This document shows positions 20,334-28,609 of a DNA stretch of 64,000 nt, in pieces. The position numbers and the translations under genes were made by a program. The notes beneath the pieces were generated by a model, which searched no databases, was not told the DNA's origin, and saw only the letters and a list, made by a program, of their open reading frames with translations. Source of the DNA: an uncultured Sulfolobales archaeon (GTDB taxonomy: Archaea; Thermoproteota; Thermoprotei_A; Sulfolobales; NBVN01); the NCBI GenBank assembly GCA_938045815.1, contig CALIBI010000008.1, positions 6,934 through 70,933 of the forward strand, given 5' to 3'. Within the stretch, counting starts at the first letter, position 1, and every line of letters begins with the position of its first letter.

Positions 20334-20366
20334 TGAGACCCCTACCCACTAGTAAGGACTACTTCC

Positions 20367-20717
20367 TCACGACATGTCTTTGAAAATCATCAATATCTTG
20401 TTTATTATCTCGTCATACGTAGCTTCATTGATTACGTCACTACCTAAAGTCGCCACGATCTCCATAACCTCCTTATCTAGCTCGTAGGACCCCGATACCA
20501 GTAATTCGTATAGTTTACTGAAGTATCTGCGTAGTTCTTCAGTACTAGTTAACCCGCCTAACCACGTGTTAATTGCGTAGCCCGCTAAGCAAGTAATGAA
20601 TATGTTTAGATGGAAAGCACCTCTTATCTCGCTTACGTTCTCTAACGTTGTGATGAGGTCTGCTAGTGAGGGGAGGGTTCTGATGCTTTTAGGTTTACTC
20701 AAGTAAGGTCCCCTCAA
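20367..20717 (-). CDS. hypothetical protein
   Basis: ORF with a 4-nt overlap to the upstream UPF0148 gene, suggesting translational coupling. No recognisable motif. Confidence 0.45.
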   Translation of the reverse strand: MRGPYLSKPKSIRTLPSLADLITTLENVSEIRGAFHLNIFITCLAGYAINTWLGGLTSTEELRRYFSKLYELLVSGSYELDKEVMEIVATLGSDVINEATYDEIINKILMIFKDMS

Positions 20718-21067
20718 GTCTTCCTTATTCTTCTTACTCTTTCCAGAATATCTAGTAGGTAGATTAAGTCTTTCATCTCACTTGTGTTGATGTCCTCTCT
20801 CACGAAGAGCTCTACGTAAGTATGGAGCTTCCTAGCAACAGCTTTCTCAAGTTCTCTTAAAACAGCTGAAGATACTGCCTCAACCGCTTCCTCCTCACTC
20901 TTAACTATCTTAACAGGTCCGTGAATGGGGCAAACAACCTCGCCACTCCTAATCCTAAATAGGGGTAACCCACATAAAGGACACGCTTGCTCAAGCATTA
21001 CGGCGCCAGACCGCATTAAATCACTCATCTTCTTAACAACTTCTTCATTCTTTTCTTCTTTACTCAA
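20714..21067 (-). CDS. UPF0148 / autoantigen-p27-like zinc-ribbon protein
   Basis: MLEQACPLCGLPLFRIRSGEVVCPIHG matches the conserved ribbon of the archaeal UPF0148 family. Confidence 0.6.
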   Translation of the reverse strand: MSKEEKNEEVVKKMSDLMRSGAVMLEQACPLCGLPLFRIRSGEVVCPIHGPVKIVKSEEEAVEAVSSAVLRELEKAVARKLHTYVELFVREDINTSEMKDLIYLLDILERVRRIRKT

Positions 21068-21129
21068 TCTCTCACCAATATGTAATTGATTCCCAGAGAA
21101 TAAAGACTACCTATGTTCACCTCAAATAA

Positions 21130-21648
21130 TTAGTCGTCGTAGTGGAGACCCATAAATCTCAAAATCTCGTTCTGTATCTTGATTAATTCTTCAGTGGATT
21201 TCGCTCTAGAGTATTTCTCCAGGTATTCCTTATTTAACTCGATGAAGGTCGGGCCCCACTTAAACTTACTTAGAATTTCTAACGAGTATTTCTTAAACCC
21301 AGTAATGTAGAGAGCTGCTGCGACAGCCTCAACACTACTTAATTTTGTTAAGACCCCGTAATTTACGGGGTTCCCTGCTTTAAGGACTGGCAAAACCCTC
21401 TGCTCGTACCCGTGCCTGCGAGCAATGTTTTTCAGTTCTTCAAGCCCTGAATTCCATGAAGTATCCAAGACTACCACTCCGTACCTTAGTAGTAGAGCGG
21501 AGTCAGAAGATTTAAGGATTTCTTGGCTGAAAGGATTAAGAACTACCGAATGCTGCGGGATATCTCTAACGTGAATTCTCGTCGCGTAACCTAACCTAAC
21601 GAGTTTTAGAGCTGTTGATAACTTAGGATTATCACCACCAAGCCTCAC
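21130..21648 (-). CDS. tsr3: 16S rRNA aminocarboxypropyltransferase Tsr3
   Basis: DNPKLSTALKLVRLG, VVLNPF, VVVLDTSW, AGNPVNYGVLTKLSSVEAVAAALYITG. The conserved first beta-strand (RIYVV) lies in-frame upstream of the first canonical start (see finding). Confidence 0.8.
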   Translation of the reverse strand: MRLGGDNPKLSTALKLVRLGYATRIHVRDIPQHSVVLNPFSQEILKSSDSALLLRYGVVVLDTSWNSGLEELKNIARRHGYEQRVLPVLKAGNPVNYGVLTKLSSVEAVAAALYITGFKKYSLEILSKFKWGPTFIELNKEYLEKYSRAKSTEELIKIQNEILRFMGLHYDD

Positions 21649-21778
21649 AACATATATTCTAGGTTTTATTTCCTGATCCAGAGAGCTTTCCCATCACTTA
21701 GTCTGTATCTCTCAATTTAAAGTACTAAGCATTAAATTTATATTCTCGTAACGTAAAGTTAATTTCGGTGATGTATAG

Positions 21779-22027
21779 GTGCCTGAAGCCGTAGTCCTGA
21801 TAAACACTAACATAGGAACCGAGGAGGAGGTCATGAATGAACTACTCAAGATAGAGGGGGTTTCTGAAGCATACATAGTCTACGGAGTTTACGACATCGT
21901 GGTAAAGATTAAGGCTCCTACTACTGAGGCACTCAAAGAAATAATATCTAGCAAAATAAGGAAGATATCTAACGTTAGATCCACCCTCACCATGATAGTT
22001 GTGGAGGGTAAGGAAGTTACTAAGTAG
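21779..22027 (+). CDS. stand-alone Lrp/AsnC ligand-binding (RAM) domain protein
   Basis: 82 aa with a beta-alpha-beta-beta-alpha-beta pattern (VLINT..EEEVMNELLKIEGVSEAYIVYGVYDIVVKIKA). No HTH domain. Confidence 0.7.
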   Translation: MPEAVVLINTNIGTEEEVMNELLKIEGVSEAYIVYGVYDIVVKIKAPTTEALKEIISSKIRKISNVRSTLTMIVVEGKEVTK

Positions 22028-22028
22028 G

Positions 22029-23399
22029 GTGCATGAAACCTACCTAGAAGTGCATGTGGGGCTAGACGATACTGATACTGACCTGGAAGGATGCACCACA
22101 TACCTAACGTTCAAGATCTTAAGCAAAATACTGAATAAAATCCCTAAAGCGTTTTCCCCGAATTATCCCTTACTGATTAGACTAAATCCAGTAATACCTT
22201 TCAAGACAAGAGGAAATGCCGCTACCTCTTTCATTATCAAAATACCTGAGAAAGACTTAAGCAATATGAAGAAGCTAGTAATTGATGAGTTCTACGAATA
22301 CTTAAGAAACATTGAGGGTAGTGGTGTTGAACCGGGTCTAGTGTTCTTATATGGTAACATCCCTAACGAGCTTAGTAAGCTTTACAGAAAGGCGTTAACA
22401 GATTACGTACACAAAGATTACGTTACTAAAATAATTAACAAACTCAACGAATCTATTGAAATACCACTTAGTTACTCAAGAGGCTTGGTGGGGGCGCTAG
22501 CCGCTATAGGTGCGTCAAACACCTTAACTGAGTGTACGTATGAAATACTAGTTTACAGAACCAGAAATAACTACTCGCGTGAGAGGTGTGTTGATGAGGA
22601 ATCAATTAAAGCGATGGATAAGGCATTCCAAAACCAGACATTCCTCAATTACGACTACGAGAACAACAAGCCACTAATAATACCTTCAGGCCGTAACCCT
22701 GTGCTGTTAGGTATCAGAGGTGAAGATCCAGCGACCCTATTAAAGGCTCTAAAAACTCTGAACTTATGTGAAGATTTTGAGGGTTGGTTGATATATAAGA
22801 CTAATCAAGCTCTTAACGCACACCACGTAGAAAGAAGTATTGAGGAGTTCAGACCTTACCAGACCGGCTGCATTAAGGGTAGAGTTTTTGAGAACCCGAG
22901 TATTCGTTCAGGAGGTGACGTTCTCATAAAGCTTGAGAGTCTTGAGAACAAGCACTCACTGTGGGTAGCATTCTTTAGCGAGACTGGGTTAGGGAAGTTA
23001 GCTAGGTACCTGATGAAGGGAGACGTAATTAGGGTGTGTGGTGGTGGGAAGTGGTGGGAAGATCTAGGGTTAGTGATACACGGGGATCTGCTAGAGGTAG
23101 TAGAACTGGTGAATGAAACGCTCAGGAATCCTTCATGCCCACTATGCGGTCACAGGATGAAGTCAGCTGGTAAAGGAAAAGGTTTTAAGTGTCCTGCTTG
23201 TGGGTATAGATCCCTTACACTGAGTAAAGAGAAAGTGAAGATAAACAGAGGAGTAGCTATCGGTACTTACAGACCCGTAGATTCTGCGGTTAAACACCTC
23301 ATAATGCCGCAGTCCAGGGTCGGTAGGAGAAGTGACTGTAGTAAGTTGTTAGTAAGTGAGTGGGTTTACGTGCGTGAGGATGGGTCGATCCATTCATGA
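22029..23399 (+). CDS. tiaS: tRNA(Ile2) 2-agmatinylcytidine synthetase TiaS
   Basis: N-terminal VHVGLDDTDTDLEGCTTYL (TiaS kinase-like domain) and C-terminal CPLCGHRMKSAGKGKGFKCPACG zinc ribbon. Start placed at GTG 22029, just after the upstream stop. The track ORF starts at 21999. Confidence 0.85.
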   Translation: MHETYLEVHVGLDDTDTDLEGCTTYLTFKILSKILNKIPKAFSPNYPLLIRLNPVIPFKTRGNAATSFIIKIPEKDLSNMKKLVIDEFYEYLRNIEGSGVEPGLVFLYGNIPNELSKLYRKALTDYVHKDYVTKIINKLNESIEIPLSYSRGLVGALAAIGASNTLTECTYEILVYRTRNNYSRERCVDEESIKAMDKAFQNQTFLNYDYENNKPLIIPSGRNPVLLGIRGEDPATLLKALKTLNLCEDFEGWLIYKTNQALNAHHVERSIEEFRPYQTGCIKGRVFENPSIRSGGDVLIKLESLENKHSLWVAFFSETGLGKLARYLMKGDVIRVCGGGKWWEDLGLVIHGDLLEVVELVNETLRNPSCPLCGHRMKSAGKGKGFKCPACGYRSLTLSKEKVKINRGVAIGTYRPVDSAVKHLIMPQSRVGRRSDCSKLLVSEWVYVREDGSIHS

Positions 23400-24148
23400 A
23401 AATAGAGAAAGGCTTTAACATATACGTGCTGAGCAGGTATCTAGAGAACCTGCAAGTCATTGAAGAAATAATAAGATCTGGGAAGCATACAGAGAGTTAC
23501 GTACTACTGAAACCTCTGGTGGCACAAGTCCGGATCAAGAGTTTTATGATAAGACTAGGAATACCAGTAGCCTCAATACTTACTGAAGAACCCCTAACTA
23601 GTAGAGAACCAGACCTAGTACTCAATGAAGATGTGTGGGCAGATGCTAAGAGGCTCATAGAGTCTGGGAAGATCGTCTTCTCAGGTAATTTCATGACTGA
23701 GAAGTTTTCATTTCTAGATAAGCTACGTGAAGGAGTGAGTTCCTCAGGGGTTAGCGAGTGCAGCGTCTTAGATTTAAAGAACTCAGTAGAGTTAGACGAG
23801 TACTTAAGTAAGCTCATTAACACTAAGCACGTACTACTCACTCACTCGCTAAGAGGGGTTAATGTAGAAACTAGGAAAGGCTTTTTGAGGAGTTCTTGGA
23901 CAACGCACTTTATTTTATCAAGTCTAGAGCTGCCTTCAGAGGAATTATCTCTAGAAAGCTACTTAAGAGTTGACAGCGTACCCAAACTGAAGATACTTCT
24001 GAAACCTATCTTAAGTATTAACGAGCACGTTATTTTGGGTGAATTACCGATAAACAAGTCTCTCATAATTAATTACTCGTTGAATACCAACAAAGACTTA
24101 GAGTTCTTCCTAGAGATTTTGCTCAGATCCCTCATATACACCTGCTAA
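23396..24148 (+). CDS. hypothetical protein (250 aa)
   Basis: ATGA overlap with the tiaS stop. No motif recognised. The 3' end overlaps the xpb 3' end by 39 nt. Confidence 0.5.
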   Translation: MKIEKGFNIYVLSRYLENLQVIEEIIRSGKHTESYVLLKPLVAQVRIKSFMIRLGIPVASILTEEPLTSREPDLVLNEDVWADAKRLIESGKIVFSGNFMTEKFSFLDKLREGVSSSGVSECSVLDLKNSVELDEYLSKLINTKHVLLTHSLRGVNVETRKGFLRSSWTTHFILSSLELPSEELSLESYLRVDSVPKLKILLKPILSINEHVILGELPINKSLIINYSLNTNKDLEFFLEILLRSLIYTC

Positions 24149-25774
24149 ATCATCTAGACTCACAGTTTTTCTCTTCCTAGCCTGAAATTCCTCGCTACTC
24201 CCCTTAATTACTATCTCATAAAGCACGGCCTCCTTACCTGGTTTAGGTCTTAACAATCTCCCAAGCCTCTGGATAAACTGTCTGCGCGACCCGGTTCCAG
24301 CAACTAAAATCCCTACTGACGCGTCAGGTATGTCCAGACCCTCGTCACCAACGGTAGTTACTACTAGCACTCCGCTCTCAGCTCTTCTAAACTGGTCTAG
24401 TATAGATTTTCTCTTAGTCTCTTCCATCTCCCCGGTAAGTAGGTAGGCTCCTAGCTCATTAGCTATTTTCTCAGCTAGCGCTACGTAATGAGCGAACACT
24501 ATTATTTTCTTACCTTCACTCAACTCACGCTCAACGATCTCCTTAACTTTCTCTAGTTTCGACTCACTCATGGAGAGTATTTTTAATACCTCACTATGTA
24601 CTTCGAGAGCCCTAATAGCTTTCTCATCGCCTCGCTTAGCTAGGTCTACTAAGGTCTTGAAGTCTAAGCCACCAACCAACTCGCGAAATTGTTTTCTCAG
24701 CTTTAAGTATTCCTTCTTCTCATCGCTTTTCAGATCTACCTTAATAGTCTCTATCCTAAACTTAGCTAAAAATCCTTTCTCAGCTAGTTCCTGCGTAGTC
24801 TTTTGGTATACTACATCACCCATCAGAGGGAACAATTCTGAGTGCTTTCCATCTTCCCTGTACGGTGTTGCAGAGAGACCTAACCTGTACTTAGCTGGTG
24901 ATGTGATAGCTATGTGCTTGAACTTTTCTGCTGGTAGGTGATGAACCTCGTCTATTATGAGTAAGTTGAAGTGCGGAGCTAACTTCTCTATGTACTTAAA
25001 AGCTGTTTGGTAAGTAGCTAGAGTTACTGGCAATATTTTCTTTTCTCTGCTGTAGTAGAGACCTATGTGTGATGGTGGTATGTCGGTGAATGTTTTTATG
25101 AACTTCTCCCACTGCGTTAGTTGCTCCTTCGTGTAAGTTATTATGAGTGTTGCTTCATTAATACTTGTTATGGCTGCTATACCTATGTGTGTTTTCCCAG
25201 ACCCGGTAGGTAGTGCTACTATGCCGCGACCTGAATTACTTAACCACCTGTTTAACGCTTCTAACTGATACTCTCTAAGACTTCCTTTAAAACTCGCCTT
25301 AACTGGTAAGGGGATTGAGTCTTTAAAACCTGTCAAGTCATTTACGCTAAAACCCAAACCAGTAAGAGTTTTTCTTAGTTCATGATATTTTGAAGGATAC
25401 GCGTAGAAATACTTACCTACTTTATTGTATTTCAAGAGATCTTTCAGGTGAGTATGGTATATGTCTCCTAAATACCTATCGAAAGACAGTACTAGCTTGC
25501 CTTCCCTGAAATGAATAGTGGCGGTTCCCCTAACCCTACTAAAAAACTCTCTCAATCTATCTTCAAAAAACTTATCATACTGTAACCCAACCTCATCGAG
25601 AACCCCCAACACATCATCTGCTGTAAGTCTCCTACTAACTAACTTGTGTTTCGATATCCTGAAAATTAATTCGTCACCTTCCCTACCCAGATACTCAGCA
25701 ATCTCCACAATTTTTCTGAAGTTATCTTCACTCATCCAGCCCCTATACCTAACAATTAAGTCATTAGAACTCAT
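24110..25774 (-). CDS. xpb: XPB/Rad25-type SF2 DNA repair helicase
   Basis: Walker A LPTGSGKT, DEVHHL box, RED motif (TPYREDG), TVGDEGLDIP, QRLGRLLR, plus a damage-recognition-like N-terminal domain. Confidence 0.85.
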   Translation of the reverse strand: MSSNDLIVRYRGWMSEDNFRKIVEIAEYLGREGDELIFRISKHKLVSRRLTADDVLGVLDEVGLQYDKFFEDRLREFFSRVRGTATIHFREGKLVLSFDRYLGDIYHTHLKDLLKYNKVGKYFYAYPSKYHELRKTLTGLGFSVNDLTGFKDSIPLPVKASFKGSLREYQLEALNRWLSNSGRGIVALPTGSGKTHIGIAAITSINEATLIITYTKEQLTQWEKFIKTFTDIPPSHIGLYYSREKKILPVTLATYQTAFKYIEKLAPHFNLLIIDEVHHLPAEKFKHIAITSPAKYRLGLSATPYREDGKHSELFPLMGDVVYQKTTQELAEKGFLAKFRIETIKVDLKSDEKKEYLKLRKQFRELVGGLDFKTLVDLAKRGDEKAIRALEVHSEVLKILSMSESKLEKVKEIVERELSEGKKIIVFAHYVALAEKIANELGAYLLTGEMEETKRKSILDQFRRAESGVLVVTTVGDEGLDIPDASVGILVAGTGSRRQFIQRLGRLLRPKPGKEAVLYEIVIKGSSEEFQARKRKTVSLDDLAGVYEGSEQNL

Positions 25775-25888
25775 CCTAATCCCTCGCTAGAGGGACTCTC
25801 ACCCCATAAAGATTTAGCTCCAGCCAAATTAGCTAGATAACTGATCTCGTTCTTTATCGTAAGGGTCGTCGCCTCCGATACTGGGTAC

Positions 25889-26233
25889 TTACTCCTCATA
25901 CAACTCCACAGTAATCCTGGCTCTGATATTTTTATTCATGAATGGGGGTGGTTCCTCACCTAAATCAACAGCTACTGAGACCTCATTACCTAGACTATCC
26001 ATAAACTTTACTTTAGCTATGTAAGAATATTCGTTGCTCTTCTCGACAGCTTTCAGGAGTGCATCATACATTCTTGAAATAGCTATTTGAAAAGATACAG
26101 GATCACTTAAATCTTGAGGAGATAATCTCACTCCAGCCAGACCCTTAGCTATGTTAACCAAAACCTTCTCTATCTCGCCGTAACCCTCAAAACTTAACGT
26201 GTATTTTACTTCATCACTCAATTTCTCAACCAT
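25889..26233 (-). CDS. hypothetical protein (114 aa)
   Basis: ORF only. Lies upstream of xpb on the same strand. Confidence 0.45.
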   Translation of the reverse strand: MVEKLSDEVKYTLSFEGYGEIEKVLVNIAKGLAGVRLSPQDLSDPVSFQIAISRMYDALLKAVEKSNEYSYIAKVKFMDSLGNEVSVAVDLGEEPPPFMNKNIRARITVELYEE

Positions 26234-26312
26234 GTGAAATACATGGCGTTAAAGATAATAAGCTAAGTATTATCCTACATGCGTTAGACTGATGATCCGT
26301 ATTTGAGCACAC

Positions 26313-26747
26313 CTATACTTTCGGGATCTTCCTCTCCTGTATTGGGTGCCCGCCCACAGTCTTAGGAGCTAACCAGTCTATCACATCATCAATCTTATCA
26401 CTAACTATCCTTACCGTTATAGGTCCTAACGGTGACTCACTATCTAGGGTTACTAAAGTGACTCTACCTATGTAAGCGCTCTGTTTATTGAGTCTAAACT
26501 CCGTTGTGTTACCTACTTTGTTGTTGAGCAAAACGCTTCTGAATGTATCAAGAATTCTTTCCTGCCTTAAGATTCTGTGAAGCTTAACTAGAGACTCTAT
26601 CTTGCTACTCTCACCAACCAACCTATCGTAAGGGTAATCCTCAACCACCTCAATCTTATCTAAGCTAAAGAGATTAGTTACGGCCTTCACGACCTTATCT
26701 TTATCTTCAGTAGGTCTTACCTCACACGTCACAGTTAGTATGAACAT
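26313..26747 (-). CDS. UPF0201 / COG1931 putative RNA-binding protein
   Basis: The N-terminus (LTVTCEVRPTEDKDKVVKAVTNLF) and the pairing with the upstream UPF0200 kinase-like gene are typical of this conserved archaeal gene pair. Confidence 0.55.
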   Translation of the reverse strand: MFILTVTCEVRPTEDKDKVVKAVTNLFSLDKIEVVEDYPYDRLVGESSKIESLVKLHRILRQERILDTFRSVLLNNKVGNTTEFRLNKQSAYIGRVTLVTLDSESPLGPITVRIVSDKIDDVIDWLAPKTVGGHPIQERKIPKV

Positions 26748-27285
26748 CTTTCATGGCCTCCTCAATCATCTTCAGCGCTTCCTTTACAACAAGCTCTATG
26801 TCTTTCCCCTGATTCACTACTATTAAGTCAGCCATAGCTATAGTACCTCCTAAACCCAGCTTCAGTTCCTCAAGATCTCTCTCAAGAAATTCCTGGTAGT
26901 TTTTAGGGTCGTCTTTCCTACCTCTGCTTAGCAATCTCCTGAATCTTTCTTTAGGTGACGCGTGAACAGCCAATAAAATAGCTTGTGTTTTACTTCTGAA
27001 TGTGTTGATTTCTTCTAGGTTTCTAACACCATCAATCACGTAAAGAGAGTCCTCACTGATACTAGCTAAGACTAACCTAGCTATCACGTCAGGACCTAAC
27101 TCCCTCCTCAACTCACTAGCTAACCTCATTAAACTATCCCTATTTACCGGGAGTCCCCTCTTAAGAGCTTCCGCTCTCACGAAGTCGCCCATATTTAGTA
27201 ATTTAGCATTCAGGTGTTTTGCTAGTCTCCTAGCAACTTCCGACTTGCCGGCTCCCGGCATTCCAGTCACGCATATGAGCATCAT
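26722..27285 (-). CDS. UPF0200 P-loop nucleotide kinase-like protein (adenylate/dephospho-CoA kinase fold)
   Basis: Walker A ICVTGMPGAGKSEV, a VIDGVRN block and lid-like RGRKDDP. Confidence 0.7.
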   Translation of the reverse strand: MMLICVTGMPGAGKSEVARRLAKHLNAKLLNMGDFVRAEALKRGLPVNRDSLMRLASELRRELGPDVIARLVLASISEDSLYVIDGVRNLEEINTFRSKTQAILLAVHASPKERFRRLLSRGRKDDPKNYQEFLERDLEELKLGLGGTIAMADLIVVNQGKDIELVVKEALKMIEEAMKDVHTNCDV

Positions 27286-27393
27286 CTCTCCTCACTCCCA
27301 AGCTTAACTTTGTGAGGCTCTAATAAGCTAAGCCAACAAACCATGTGTTCTACCGAATGTTTGAGTGCCCTGAAACCTCATCACGCGCAGCAA

Positions 27394-28131
27394 CTACTTA
27401 CCTACCCTGTAATTCTCTAAGGTTTTCCTAGGCTGTATCTCTATTTGTGTTAAGCCTTTCCGAGCAGGTAAAGACACGTTGTAGATTTTCGTGCTTCCTA
27501 TCGACGTCTCAACTACTCTGGCGTTATGTGCGTGAGCGTGAATCACCACGTCCGGCTTAGTATCCCTCACAACCCTTTCCATCAGTTGCGAGCCCATGAA
27601 AGGATAGATCCTCTCAGGCTCCCCCCTAACAGTCAAGAAGGTTGGCGCGTAGTGGGTAATCAGCACCACGAGCTCAGCACGTTTCTTAGCTTCATCAATA
27701 AGAGACTTCAGTATTTTCGGTCTCTCTATATAGACTAACCTAAGCTCTGGTTTATTTCTTTTTTGCCAGTAAGTTAGCTTATCAAGAGAACCTCTAGAAC
27801 CTACGAACGCTATATTCACCCCCTTAATATTCATTAAAGCTATTGAGTCATTCAACCACAGCAGCTCAGGATATCTACTTATAAAGACATCCTCATACTC
27901 ATGATACTCCTCATTACCGAATATAGATATGATTGGTGTGTTAGGAAATTTTGTCTTAACCTCATCAATTATGACTTCCAACTCATCAACCCTACCCTCA
28001 TCAACCATGTCGCCAACAAATACACATACGTCTGGCTTAAACAAAACCATAGACCTGAGCGAGGCTTGAAAAATATGAAGGTACCTTCTCCCGTGCACAT
28101 CACCAACAGCACATATCTTGATAGGCAGCAC
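27394..28131 (-). CDS. calcineurin-like metallophosphoesterase
   Basis: GDVHG, GDMVDEG, GNEEYH, ITHYAP, HAHAHN: the full set of metallophosphatase motifs. Confidence 0.8.
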   Translation of the reverse strand: MLPIKICAVGDVHGRRYLHIFQASLRSMVLFKPDVCVFVGDMVDEGRVDELEVIIDEVKTKFPNTPIISIFGNEEYHEYEDVFISRYPELLWLNDSIALMNIKGVNIAFVGSRGSLDKLTYWQKRNKPELRLVYIERPKILKSLIDEAKKRAELVVLITHYAPTFLTVRGEPERIYPFMGSQLMERVVRDTKPDVVIHAHAHNARVVETSIGSTKIYNVSLPARKGLTQIEIQPRKTLENYRVGK

Positions 28132-28242
28132 TCCTCACCAACCTCTAAAACACAAAGTGATTTGAGGTTAATAACAAATTCCCGTGAGGAACCATGCGGT
28201 GAAACCATGGTTAATCAGCTTATTAACCAGTTATGAAAGAAT

Positions 28243-28470
28243 GTGGTGGTGAGCTCGATGGGTATATTGAGAGGAGTCAACGCGTCAGGACATCTAGGCT
28301 GGGTGATTAAGAACTGCACGATATGTAGGAAATCACTACATGTCGGGAGAGACGTCCTGTATACTTGTAGTAAGTGTGGTAGCGATAAAGTAATTATTTG
28401 CGCCGGAGACTACAGAAAACTGAACGGTAAGTGTCCTTACTGCCACTCAGAACTCACACCCATCTTATGA
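28243..28470 (+). CDS. small multi-CxxC zinc-ribbon protein
   Basis: CTIC, CSKC and CPYC pairs in 75 aa. The start may be the internal ATG (MGILRG). Confidence 0.45.
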   Translation: MVVSSMGILRGVNASGHLGWVIKNCTICRKSLHVGRDVLYTCSKCGSDKVIICAGDYRKLNGKCPYCHSELTPIL

Positions 28471-28609
28471 ACTAAGCACGAGAAATAACTTGAAGTAGGT
28501 TTTGTAGTTCTTAATCCTAACTGGTAGTCTCCGACGCTATTTAATTTTTATTTAGGGTTTCTAAATAATATTTAGAGAAGTAAACGTGAGTTGATTAGAG
28601 GATGATAAT

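Noticed and set aside
27901-28236. Overlapping ORFs 27901..28236 (+) and 27969..28208 (-)
   Set aside because: Both overlap the 5' part of the well-supported metallophosphoesterase gene and its promoter region. No motifs.
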